Source: Schizochytrium sp. TIO01
Taxonomy: Eukaryota; Protista; Bigyra: Labyrinthulomycetes
Direction: 5' to 3'
DNA length: 64,000 nt
Assembly (NCBI GenBank): GCA_004764695.1
Contig: SMSO01000031.1
Span: forward strand, 4,750,436-4,814,435
Below, piece after piece: positions 1 through 13,100 of the stretch; within the stretch, counting starts at the first letter, position 1; every line of letters begins with the position of its first letter. The notes under the pieces were generated by a model. That model saw only the letters and a list, made by a program, of their open reading frames with translations. It was not told the DNA's origin and did no database searches. A program made the translations under genes and the position numbers.

Positions 1-172
1 AGAGTTGGCACTCACTCATTCACTCATTCACTCATTCATTCATTCATTCGTTCATTCATTCAGGCCATCGTTACCGATGAGGAGAGCGCTTTCAAAACGG
101 ACGAAGCCTCAAGCCTGGCTTCAGGAAGGCTGCTCGAGGAAGAAAGCAGGCACCTCATTAGTTAATTTTTGC

Positions 173-320
173 TTTCTTTGTTTCTTTGTTTCTTTGTTTC
201 TTTGTTTCTTTGTTTCTTTGTGTCTTTGTTTCTTTGTTTCTTTGTTTCTTTGTTTCTTTGTTTCTTAGTTTCTTTGTTTCTTAGTTTCTTTGTTTCTTTG
301 TTTCTTTGTTTCTTTGTTTC
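173..320. repeat. (TTTCTTTG)n 8-bp microsatellite
   Basis: Directly visible near-perfect tandem array with a few substitutions. Confidence 0.95.
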
Positions 321-894
321 TGCGGTCGCTTGCTTCTAAGAGGCGCATGCATGCATGTATGTATGTATCTGAGCAGTCGCTCCACTTGACGCTGGCGCTG
401 CGCAGGTCGGTTTCGCAGGCTGGACCGAGGCGCCGCGATTTCCTTCATTTCGTCCCAACTCGAAGGAAGCTAGCTAGCAAGCAAGCTTTCTTTCCATGAT
501 TTCAAGCTTTCATCCATCCTCGCCCTCTACCACACCAGCTAGCCTTCCGCAGCTCCACGCGAATTCGACCTAAGCCAAGCCAAAGCTCAGCAGAGCAAAG
601 GAACCGCATCGAATTACACCAAAGCTCAGCAAAGCTCTCGACTTCGGCGGAAACGTCGGAAGTTCGGAACCTACCTGAGAATAAAACGGGACCTTTCTCA
701 AGATGACTCATATCGCATCGCATCGCATCGCATTCGCCACGAAGCAAACGAGTCCTCGTAACATGTGTAAATATGTACAGATCTATCCATTTAGTTTGCT
801 GTCGTCTGCGAGTGCTTACATCGCTCAAGGTCTTGAGCTGCTCATCGATGATGCCGATCGAAGCCTTTTGCGGGGTCCTCTCCCAGCGAGCGCC

Positions 895-983
895 CAAGCA
901 AGCCAAAGATCACAAGCCAGCCAAAGATTACAAGCAAGCCAAAGATTACAAGCCAAAGCAAGTTTCAAGCCAAAGATTACAAG
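895..983. repeat. Degenerate ~18-bp tandem repeat (CAAGCAAGCCAAAGATTA-like), about 4 copies
   Basis: AGCCAAAGATTACAAG recurs and gives the periodic SQRLQA translations in the ORF track. Confidence 0.85.
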
Positions 984-1465
984 GAGGCCGCATCTTTCAC
1001 AACGTTCGCGCGTAACACTTCGCGAAGCTACAGCATTCGCTTGTGAGCTCCAGCGCCTCTGAACTTGAAGTGAGCGAGCGACTATCTATTTACTTTACTG
1101 TTCGACTTCCTTCCTTCCTTCCTTCCTTCCTGCCTGAATGCCTGCCTGCCTGCCTGAATGCCAGCCTCCTCCGCGGTCCTGGCCAATAAACGTCGCAGAG
1201 GCGAGCTCGTTGATAGATCGATAGATCGATGGACAGCCCCAGACTTCGACTTGAGTTGCTTGCTTGCTTTGGCTTGCTTTGGCTTGCTTGGCCGGTTGTC
1301 TCGTGCCTTCCAAAGCCGCCACGAGCGTCCTCACGAAAGGTCACTTGCCGCTGTCTAGGTACACTTCCACCACCGCAGTGCCAGATTTCTCATGGAACTC
1401 GGACGGAACCATCCGTGTCGATGCGCACTTTTGCTGCTGTTTTTGTCTTTCTTTCCTTTTTTTTT

Positions 1466-1526
1466 TCTTCTTCTTCTTCTTCTTCTGCTTCTTCTTCTTC
1501 TTCTGCTTCTTCTTCTGCTTCTTCTT
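1466..1526. repeat. (CTT)n trinucleotide microsatellite with CTG interruptions
   Basis: Directly visible; explains the poly-S/F/L/K spurious ORFs. Confidence 0.9.
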
Positions 1527-4186
1527 TTCTTTCCGCCTGCTTGTCATGTCTCAGGTTTGTTTGTTGGAATTTGCATTCCCTGGACGAGCTCTGGTGGTTT
1601 CAAATTGCGAAGCTACGTTTGCGCTCTCTTGAATCGGCGCTGTGAGGCGCGCGAAGGCGAGAAGGGAAACGAGCGAAGGCAAGGAGACCAGCGGTGAGGA
1701 GTAAGTGATTGATGTATATATATGGTGAATATGAATAAGCAGGAAGGGCCGTGCAGTATGGCTAGCTGGCTGGCTTGCTGGCTTGCTTGCTTGCTTAGGA
1801 ATGAAGCCAATCTTGGGGTCGCTGGAATGGATGAAGAAGAATGAATACCTGGAATTATTGATAACCACATAAGCAGGAAAGCGAAGACTGGTGGAGGGAG
1901 GCGTCAAAAGGGGAGTTAGTTGGTGGGTGGAGATTGTGTGATAGTGAGTGGTGATGCTGATGGGAAAGAGCAAACACATGCAGACAGGGGTCGTTCGTTG
2001 TTCGTTATCTTTTTAAGTTTGATACCACTCAACGTTAATTAAAAACCTCTTTTTCCTTTTCCTTTGTTTCTTTTTTAAAAACTTGTCTTATTAAAAAAGA
2101 AAAGTTAAAGACTAAAAATGTTTTCTTTTTTTTTAAAAAATATAAAATAAAATTAAAACGTCAATTCTTAAAAGGATTTTGATAAATCTTTAAATTAAAA
2201 ATATCTTAATAAACATTTCTTTTAAAACTAATTTTATCCTTGATAGAAAGAAATGTTTAATTTTAAAATAACATGGGATATATTAATTTTTTTAAAAAAT
2301 AAAAATATATAAATATAAATAGGTTTTAACTTTCATGTTTTTTACATAAAGTTACAAACCATACAGATACAAAGGCATATAAAGGGAAGAATTTGTGTGA
2401 GGACTGGGGGGATCCCCGAATGTCAAGAGCCACTTGACTGCGGGAACAAGTACTGCGGGAGATAAACATTCCCGAGCAAAGCCCCGGACAAGCTACCCTA
2501 GGGATAAGACTAGGCGCGGTTAGCAACTTGACCTTTCCGTTAGTGATTACGGGAAAAACTCCAGCCTTGTTCTTTTCCTTCTCCTTTATCTCACCCTCAT
2601 CGTCGGCCAGTATTCTTGCTCTTGCACAATCAGTATCTTGGGCCAAGTTCTTTGGAAAGCTCCAGGAAACGCTCGTACCTTCAGACGGAGTGCGTGTTCC
2701 TCCACCGCACCATGGAGCCAAACTCTGTCTCCGCAAGCGAAACAGGCCCAGTAGGTAACCTTTGCGACTCGAGGAATAAGAATCCAGCAGCGGAAATCAA
2801 CCGCCATTAGTTTTGCGCGAAGAAATCAAGGTTTTGGCTCTCCATCAACTCGTATCTATCTATACCCACTCTTTTACTATTCTTGCGTCTTTTGTAAGCA
2901 AGTTTAAGTAAGTTAGTATGTAAGCTATCTCGGTTAGTTACTGACTTCGTTATTTGCAACGAAAGCCGACACTAGCAATGGCATGTTTTAGAAAGGTGTA
3001 ATACTGATCAAATTGTACCTCGTGTTTATGAATAGTGCACATCCGGGCATCCAAAGAAGTCACAGGACATTGTGTAGTGCTCTCTCGCGAATGAATTCCC
3101 AAGAAATGTAATCCAATGCATTTGTTTAGACTTCTGCTTGCATCGCTTAATCGTCCATCTGGACAGAAGCTATGAATCCACGCCCCAGATAAATGTCCTC
3201 CCTCCCGGGCGTTCGTTTCCTCACTCGTCAAGCTAGCTATCGCTGCATTGACACATGGATGCATTGACACATCCATCCACATCCATCCATGCACCGATGC
3301 TTCGCCATAACCAGATGGCTCCCAGCGCTGCCTACGACCCCTCAATCAAATTCCAAGACCACATCACATCCACAGAGGGTAAATTTGCAGCACAGGGTTG
3401 GCATGTTTCCCTCGCTGGCTGGCTGGCTGCTAGACTTGGACATCACTGAGCAGCCGGGATCGAGTTGGCGTCGAACTGCACTTGACCGCTCCGGCGAATG
3501 AAATACGCTCCCTGAGCGGGAACCGGAGCTCTCTTCCTCGCTCGCTCGCTCGCTTAATAGTCACTGCGAGGCAGGAGGAAGCTTTTCCGGAGTCCTCCCC
3601 GAATCCCATTCGCTCCTCGCTCACGCGGGTGGAAGAAGGAAACGAACTCCTGCCGTCTCTTCGCTCGCGAGAACTCATGTTCGCGAGAACCCGAACTCTT
3701 TTGACTAGCTCTAGAGATACTTCCGCTGCACACTCGCAACATCCGTTCTCGTCAGGATCTGTCGGGGCTTCTCCAGGCTTGCCTTGCCTCGCCTTGCCTT
3801 GCCTGCGTTCATTCCCTTGGGCTGAAGTGGACCTCGTCGGCCTGGCCAGAGCGAGTGGTGTCGTCTATTCTGCTGCCGCTCTCGCTTGGCTGGCTCAGTC
3901 GGCTGCCTTCATCTGGCGCTAGCGGAGCCGCAGGCAGCTCAAGGCCGTCCAAGTTCAACTTCGTGAAGCCTAAAGTCGCCTGCACATCTTTTGCTGGCGA
4001 CGGCGCCAGGATGCTCGCTGAGGCCCTTGGTCTCGATGGGCCAATTTGGGTTTGTGCACGCTGGCTGGCGCCTTCCCCTTTGTCCTCGAAGCCCACCAAG
4101 AAGCTCTGGCCGAGCTCCCTTTGAGAGTTTGTTCTTGAGGATTTTCAAACCAAAGGCGGCCGCATGCATGTGAAATGTGAAGAGCG

Positions 4187-4265
4187 AATTCAAATTCAAA
4201 TTCAAATTCAAATTCAAATTCAAATTCAAATTCAAATTCAAATTCAAATTCAAATTCAATTCAAA
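4187..4265. repeat. (TTCAAA)n hexanucleotide microsatellite
   Basis: Directly visible near-perfect array of about 13 units. Confidence 0.95.
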
Positions 4266-5091
4266 ACAAGAACGCGGATTGAGCGATTGAGAGATCGAGC
4301 GATGGCTTGGCGACCGCCGGGACCAAAACCGTTTTGATTCAAGGTCAGGGCTTGCTTGCTTGCTTGCTTGCTTGACCAACAGCGTGGCTTGGAGGAGGTG
4401 GTCCCTGGCTCAGCGAAATATCTTGTAGAAAACTGGCAGAAGTCGCGTCGACTGAGCCGGCGCCTCGGAGGTGGTGGCTTTGCACCAACTCCGCGAAACA
4501 AGGCCGCCGCCCTTGCTACAGCACTGCAGCACACACGAACATGGTAGGCTAGTACCCGGGCTCCTTGGATGGGAGCCAAGCCAAGCAAACAACTCATGAC
4601 AACAACCATCGTTCGATGATCGATCGACCCTCCCGATGGCATTTCCAGACTATCGAATAAAGAATGCATCCGGGACTCGGAAAGAAAACTTAGGCCTTCT
4701 TCTCCGTCAGACTCTCTTCTTGTCGAGGCGTGCGCCAAATGGAACAAACCTGGACGAATTAGCGTGCGTCTTTAGTCGTTGATGCACCCCGTTTGTACTT
4801 ACTTATACAGCACCGAAACGTACCTGAGTTTGAGACATCGTGGAAACCTGTGTATAGTGTTTTGCCGAGTCCAAGGTCATGTTAACTGACTACCAATCGG
4901 CGCCGAGGAGATTGGAGCTTTCTGCCTCGTCGATGATTCGTTCTAAAGGGGTTTGCGTCAATTGCAAGCAACTGATTATGGCGGACGACTCTCTTGGCCG
5001 TCATGCACTGATGCCTGAACTGCTAATGCATAGAGTTGAGGCAGTACAACTACAAGCGAACCGAGCAAAGCAAGCAAGCAAGTAAAACGAG

Positions 5092-5183
5092 CAAAGCAAA
5101 CAAAGCAAACAAAGCAAACAAAGCAAACAAAGCAAACAAAGCAAACAAAGCAAACAAAGCAAACAAAGCAAACAAAGCAAACA
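5092..5183. repeat. (CAAAGCAAA)n 9-bp minisatellite
   Basis: About 10 perfect copies visible. Confidence 0.95.
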
Positions 5184-8100
5184 GGCTTTATGCAGAAGCT
5201 TGCTTGAAGAGAGGGAGAAAGGGAGATGGGGAGATTGAGTGTGGCTCAGCATCGGCTCAAAAGTCGCCGGTCAGAGGGCAGCACTGAAAGAGCGATTTGA
5301 TACGAGTAAAAACCCTAGCAATAGGTATGCCTTGGTCTGCAGGCAGCAAGCAGTCTTAGGATGAAACAAGTGCTTAGGGGTACTTGAAACTCCTCACACG
5401 CATTCGAACAAACGTGGATATTTGCAAAGAAGTCTCAGTGTCAACTGCATTTGAACGGAATCCTGGACGAGCTGGCGTGCCTGCTAGACCTCAATATCGC
5501 GATGTTCTGGAGCAGAGAGGCAGACATGAGGCTTCCTCGGTTGATTGAAATAGTGGGTGTGATTAGAGTGGAAAGAAAACCTCTAATAAGCCTAGTGATG
5601 CAAGGCTGTCTGTCACCCATTGTCCGTCTACTCTGTGCGTGTGTGCAACAAACTTCTGGCTGTAAGACAAGGCTAGCTAGTCAAATGTGGAATTGACATT
5701 TGGATGGATGCGGGTGAAATCACTGGCAAGTTAAATCCCGACCGTATGGCTCTCGAAATTAATTCAAGAGAGCTTTTTCATTTCACTCAATTAGAGTTTT
5801 TTTTGTTTCAATTAAACTAATTACCGACGGCTCCTCGGGAAACAAAGCAGTTACATTCCCAATTTTTCGTTGGACACGCATCCTTTCGGAGAATGGTTAA
5901 GTCGTCCATTGCACAAAGATCAACCTTCTGCATAACAACCAATATTCCGCAAAACCTTTTCTTTTGTTCGATATTACACAGTTCACATATATTTACTACT
6001 ATATGAATGCCTCTCACTTACGTGAGCGCAGCGCAGAAGCCTGCTCTTCGTGCCTTGCGTATCATATACCGCCATTCCACAAGCCTATAGTGTATCCTCT
6101 CTTATAACGTGCTATTTATTATTGAATCTATAATATAGTAGGTAACTTGAACTCGAGCTAGGCTTCTTCTACTTGTAGCAATCGTAGGTAGAATAGCTTT
6201 CGCACAGGCTTCCTAAAAGTGTCTGGCTGGCAGACATCTTTGTGTGTTAAGAGCCCAGGGTTTTATCTATATCAGTCACTCTGCTTTCTTTTTTACTTTA
6301 CTTTTTTTAATAATAATAAAAACTTTACTTTAAACTTTACTTTAAAAAAACTAAAAAACTAAAAAACTTTACTATTTACTATTTACTTTTACTGTTTACT
6401 TTTCTTTTTCTTCTCTCTTTTCTTCTCGCAGTCTGTAGCAAGGTGATTTATCTATTCCTTTCGCATTTTAGCGATGAGTGTTAGTACCTAAGTATCTCCT
6501 TCTCTCCCGTTTAGGTAGTAGTAGGATACGCAGATTATACCTTTTTCACGTTTATTATTACTATTGTTTTAAGACAATTAAAAAAAAAAGGGGGGGGGAG
6601 GAAAAAGAAATAAAAGTTTTACTACACAATTGAAATCGGTAAACCCAAGTGAACGAACGTAACCAACCCCCTCTTTATTTTTATGCTTGCTTAGAACAAT
6701 GAACAACAAGTCATATTAAAGAAAGGCAAAGTTGCTGCAGCGATAAATATGAGATATTTTTTATTTAAGAAAAAATCATTTTTCCAGCGGCAAGCTATGC
6801 TATATATATATATATATGCTCTAGGTAGACCTACCTTTCTTGAAATATGGTTTTGGGTATCAATACGGGAAAAGGTTTCTTGTGCTTGCTTGATACGTTT
6901 GTTTGCAAGAGGCAGAGCGTTGCCACCATAAGCGTCTTCTGCACGTGATTTTCGACTCCCGTTCATGCCAACAAGACAGCTCCTGGCTCGGAGCTGTAAG
7001 CTCAGGCCTTCATAACAAGATTGCAAACTGTGAGGCACAGGCGGAAGAAGAGTATTATTGGAGTGCGCGGGCACCCTCCATTCATTAAGCCTTTGAAGTC
7101 AAATTTGGGTCAACTTTGCCACAGGAAGCCACCACTTGAGCGCTGCTGCTGTTGTTATTGTTGTTGCTGTTGTCGTCGTCATTGTCGAATCGCTGTTGCG
7201 AACAAAGGCAGCCAACGAAGAGGTTCGAAGCTAGCTTGAAGAAGATGAATCTTCGGGCTGGCCAAGTTCACGAGCCGTCTTCTCGTCTCGAAAGCATTGC
7301 GCCGCGCGACGCTGTGCTCGTTCTTCATCGGCCACGCATGCGTGCCACCTTCAGGTAGCAAGCAGGTGAGCGGCACATGCTGTCGAGCTCGGTGCAGTGC
7401 ATCAGAAGCTACGCTTGTCCATTCTCGACTGCTCCTTCTTCTTCTTGTTGTTGGTGTTGTTGTTCTTCTTCGACGAGTTCTTCAAGTTGGTTGGTGGCAT
7501 TCATTCGCATTGCACAAGGCCGATTGGCCAGTTGTCCTGCTGGCCGTTCTTGCTTGGACAGCTTGCGCGGAAGATCGCTCTGTCGTCGCCTCGAAGTTTG
7601 GACAGCGATTCTGTGGAAGAGGAGGAGCGGGATACCGTGGAAGAAGACGGCTTTCGTTAACTTGTTCGCCACGTTCGACTGCGCAGAACCAAGCTCAAGG
7701 TGTAAGAACAAGCTTCCTGGCAACCTCCGTGCCTCCTTTTAGGCTGTAGCAGGTGCTTCCTCCTCAAATCAATGACGCCGTCTATGATCGCTTCCTTCCT
7801 GCCTGGGCTCCGTTACCATGAATGAGGCAGCCCGCTCAGCGGCACGAGAGTCACTCCCGTCGGTCGCCGCGCTGTGGAGATGGTTGATGCTGCCCGAGCC
7901 CCTCCATCGTCGATGAGCATCGATCTCCAAACTCTTGCTCTTCTGAGCAACAACGCAAACCAACGAACGAACGATAGGTGCCTAGGCAGGCAGTAAACGA
8001 GCTCGGGAAGAACTCACCTGGCGACGCCGCCAACTTGAAGATGCACGACAGAAGGCAGCGCGAACGAGAAGTTAGCGAGCAGGCCGGAAAGCGAAGCGAT

Positions 8101-8717
8101 TCTCAAAGAACTCGAACAGCGCTGGAAGGGAAGCGCATTTCCAGTTCTCTCAAACATTATAACTTGCTATTATGCCACTGGTAGGCGATGCTACTCTGTA
8201 AAAAGAATTTATAGATTTTTATTTTGTTCTTTAATAATTAGATATATAATAACCGAATCACAGAATTAATTGTGTGCGAGAGAGAAGAGGTCTCTTTGGA
8301 CACCCTAAATGTGCTTCGCAGAGAATGGTGCTGAGGATATAAATGACTTGAAGGTCGCCAAAGTTAGTGGACAGCTGTAGATGCCGATCAGAGCGAGCCT
8401 CAGAAGCGAGCGATGGAGGGTGGTGCTGAAGGAGCTGGCGCCAAGAGGTAGGAAGCAGCACTTGAGACTACCACCCATCACGGAAATGGTGGGAAGTAGA
8501 GCAGGAATTTCCAACTATAATCTTCACGACACCTGAAGATCTTCACGACCGAGCAGGAGAAAGCTTACAATTGATACGATTTGCCTCTCTTCCGTCAGCC
8601 TCACTTACGTGTGCATTCATTCCTGCTCTTGGTTACTCGATCTCGCTTCAGCAGGAGGACACGAATGAATGAGGAGGGGCCTGAACTCAAGTGAAGTACC
8701 GACTACTCCAAGACAGC

Positions 8718-8758
8718 TCACTCACGAAGATCACTCACGAAGATCACTCACGAAGATC
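8718..8758. repeat. 13-bp tandem repeat TCACTCACGAAGA x3
   Basis: Directly visible. Confidence 0.85.
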
Positions 8759-10089
8759 AACGAATGCTTTGCAGCGCTCCAAGTTCATTTCAATGGGGCG
8801 GCTGAGCAAAGTTTTGGGAATAGCTCCGCTTCGGTCGAGCGGATGACCTCAGAAAAGGTGCCAGCCAAGACCTGCAATGCTCTCGACTTCCTCCTGAGTT
8901 TCTAAAGCAGAGCAGGACAGCAGCCAAGACAAGAGTACGGGGCAATGCACAGCGCGCTTCGCGGTTGTGATCATTTGCTGCGAAACTGAGGTCATCAGCG
9001 CAAAACGGTTTCTTGAGGGGAGGGAGCGGAGGGTCGCTGGTGTAAATGAGAATGCACTCGCACGCTCGTTAAATTGCTGGCCACTTTCGTTGCCAACTGC
9101 GATGGAGAGGAGGGAGACGAATGACTTCTTCATGGCATCCTGGGAGCCGAGGGCCTTGTGAGCAGATCACATGTGATTTATGAAACTGTAATCATCGTAA
9201 TACATGGCAAGAGCGTACGCCCGCTCGCACGCATGAGCGAACGCTGAGCAAGACTGGAGTGCAGAGCCCAAAGCGTCGAGTTCACATTTGGTACAATCGC
9301 GAGGCAGCACAATGCCTGGAGCGAGTGATCCGAATAATATTTGTGGGGTCTGGAGATCCTGGTGGTTGCACTTAGTCGAGTAATTTGGCGATTTCTACAG
9401 TTTGCGCGGTCTCTTCGGTCCTGATCGCATCTGACTCCGTGGGGGTCCAATATCACCATACATACTTTGATCAAAATGATCATACAAACGGAAGATGGTG
9501 GGTAGTTATCGCAGTCACTTCCGTGCAGTTCTTATCTTGAAAATGTCTCCAGCAAAGCAACGACTCGGCGCCAAAGAATTCTCGAGGCCTTTCGTGGCTG
9601 ACTGACTGAGCGACTGACTTGTAGGAACTAGGAATTAGCAGACCCCGGCGCAGTGTAATTCGATTTGGCTTGTGCGCAATTTGTTTGCTATTCCAGGGTT
9701 AAGATGAACGAATGTTCAGTCCTAATCCTGCTTTATTTTTGTGAAATTGTAAAGAAAAGCGGAAATCTTGTCATTGCCAGGATACAGTTCGATGCGCAGC
9801 ACGAGCCTCTACGTTGCTACCATGAGATGAGATAATAGTTCGACTGGAGGTACAGCCAACGCTGCTTCAAAGTCACCTCAAATACTCAAGTGTGCCTGCC
9901 AGCGTCATGTAAAACATCCCTCTTCAGGAATTCAGAGTCCCGAATCAGGGACCATTGATTCCATCAATTTCATCGCGGCGCTCTCTTCCCAGCTAGGGTA
10001 GCAAGGTGGGTACGCAGATCGTGAGTCCCCGTGGCAGCCTACCTTTAACTCAATAAGCCAAAGTGCTCGAGCCGCCACCTATGCAGGTA

Positions 10090-10181
10090 TACATACATAC
10101 ATACATACATACATACATACATACATACATACATACATACATACATACATACATACATACATACATACATACATACATACA
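10090..10181. repeat. (TACA)n tetranucleotide microsatellite
   Basis: Perfect array of about 23 units. Confidence 0.95.
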
Positions 10182-13100
10182 GACCTACATGCGTACCATC
10201 ATCTCCAGTCAAATCGAATAGTCCAAGTTTTTCTTGCCAGAAACCCAAGGTGGCAACTAGCATTCGGTCGCGCTTCTTTGAAGTGCTAGCAGGTGCTCAC
10301 TTATCCTGCTACGCCTTTCCGCTGTGCTTTCCAGCATTACAAAAGTGGAAACGTCTTTCGACCAATTGGCGAGGCCTTGATGCGGAAAATGTCGCGCTCT
10401 CGTTACAAAAAACAAAAGACATCGGTCAACGTCGTCGTCGTCGTCGAAACCAACCTGCGGATGTGACAAACCCTCGCAAACTCTCTGTCCTCGGCCTCGC
10501 TAGTGAGCGAGCGAGCGTGCGTGCGTGCTTGACATTCAGGCCAGAGCAGAGGCCAGGAAGCCGCGGCACTCTTCGCGATCGAATAGAGGGCTTCCTGTGC
10601 CATATAGTTGACACTTCTTTGCAGGGAGTGAGTCGAACTAAGTCTCCGCTACTCTGCTTTAGCGCTTTGGTCGCCGTAGTGCATTTCTCTCCGTCTTGGG
10701 GCTTCTACGCTCTGCTAGGAGAACCCCTAGGGTCTCCTAGCAGACGGCAGTAATCTCATCGCCCCTCACAAAGCATTTGGCAAGTGTGAAAGTTATCGCA
10801 GCAGAGTTGGAGGGAAGAAGAAAGAGAGGGTCTTCTTAGAGGGAGGTAAGATAAGAAAGCGTGGCATTTGGCAATCGATGGGTCAGCGAATCAATCTACT
10901 CGCCGCGCCCCACCGGCACCCCTCCCTTCTTCCGCCTTGCGCAATGAATCTGAGGCGGAGGCGACCGACGTGGGTGGATCTTCCGAGCCTCCGCTGCGAT
11001 GCGACTCGTCGCTGGGTAAACAAATTTATTTATTTATTTATTTATTTGGACACGTGACTATAATTTCAATCTCTTTGTTTGGGAGGCTACGTTATAGCGT
11101 TTTGGCGCCATAGCTGCTTGTATACTCTTAATATTCATTAAAGAGAGGTACACGAATACAACCACGTTGCAAAGTCAGTTTATTAGTCTTCACTTGAAAT
11201 TAAGACTCCATATTTTAAAAGTTATTTTGGCAGATTAAAAACAAATATTATATATATTTCTTTCGACATTATGATCGAGGAGAATTGGGGTAAACATGTA
11301 CTACACGAGGGTGATAGAGTAGTAATAATAGTAATGAATAGACAGAGAGAAAACAGAGTAAGGATATTGTGACAACGAGCTTTGCGTAGGCTTAGTTTTT
11401 GTTTTGATTGTATTTACTTAGGAGTTCTGCATTTTTTATTTAAGGCAAAAGATGAAATGATAGTGGTGGAGACTTTTTTATTTTTATTTTTTTTTTAATA
11501 TGTGTGAATATCCCCCCCCCCCCCCCCCCCTTGCTACTACTATTCTTTTATAATGAAAATTAGCTTGTAAAATTTTGATCTCTTTCAATATTTCACACTA
11601 TACAAGCACCAGCTATGTAGTACGTATTAGCGTCTTTTTATTTTCTGATATTTTATATTATATATATTTTTATTTTAAAAAATTAAAGGTGCAGGTTACA
11701 TGGGAAGGACATTATCATGAGTAGACGTCCCAAACAGCGAACAATATAGAAGTGTTTCATATATCTACACTTCAAAAAAAGAAATGAAACTAAAAACCGT
11801 ATAGTATAATATATTTGACTGTCACTTTCAATGTTTCCTCTACGATTTAGCATATGAAGAAACTCTGGAATATGCTAAGACATTCTGCAATATAAGTTAC
11901 GCTTCTCCCCAGGTACAGATAGTAACTCCTACCTGATATCTCAATACTAAGCTTATCATTAAAATTTCTTGCGCGATTGCGTAGTAGTAGTAGGAACTTC
12001 AGGACCCAATCTTTGCTTTCTCTCTTAAAGGTCGCAGATCACTTCTGTCCGTAGCAGTTTAAATATTCTTTCTATATATTAAAACTTTTAGGTATATAAT
12101 TGAGTGGCCACTGGATGCTTAACCGTCTAAAGTAGGTCCTTCATGTAACACAATCGCATAAACATCTCATATATATATAATATAATATATAAGTAAATGC
12201 GTCACTTCGCCGGATCATTAATATGGCGGGTTTATCTTTCACATTTTGACCCATTATATATAAAATGCTTTCCTCAGATTAATGCAACGTTTTTAGGCTT
12301 CGCCTAGTCAGTTTGGCAGTTTTAAATGTTTTAAATTCAAAAAGCCGTAGGTAGTCTTTCTAGAATTACTTTTAATTTGAATTTCCCCTATCGCGAAAGC
12401 TCGAGAATGGACCTTGTGCCACACTTAATCTGGGAAACTCGAAGAAATTATTTTTAAAACGAGAGAGAAACGGTCAGTGCAAGCCGAGTAACTACAAAGT
12501 GATAAAGTTTCTTTTTATTCTTTTGATCATTCACTCCAAAAGTTGTCAAGGAAATTTAATTAAGCCAGAGACGCAATGTCTTATTCGAAAGTAGCATCGT
12601 AAGTTCAACTCGATAGCAGCCTGATGCGGCATTCAAAAATTGCAGTTTCCTTCCTGCTTTTGAAGCGTATGACTATGAATGAAAATTGATGTTGTCAACT
12701 GAATACTCATTCTTATTTGTTATAAGCACCATGTTTGATACATTAACCCTTTAAAACTTATACAGAGAGATCAAAAGTACAACTCTCAGTAAAGGGGGAA
12801 ATTGTATATACTGTTTAAGGGTGTGAATAACAGAAGAGCCTCATTCTTCAAAGGGCATCTATACGAATGTTAGATTTAACAGAATTAAGATGGTGTCATA
12901 TCAAATTCCTTTTTGCAACGATAATAAGGGCTTCTAGTTTCCTGAGGCAAAATTTGCAAATTAACTAGACTAATCAACACTGTTTTACATTCAGCAGGAG
13001 CTCTGACTTAATATATTTCTGTTGCGCCTTAACCTAGAAGTAATACCTATACTGCTAGAAGTTCTTGCAAGTTTGTGATCCGATATGCGCAAGTTTTGTT

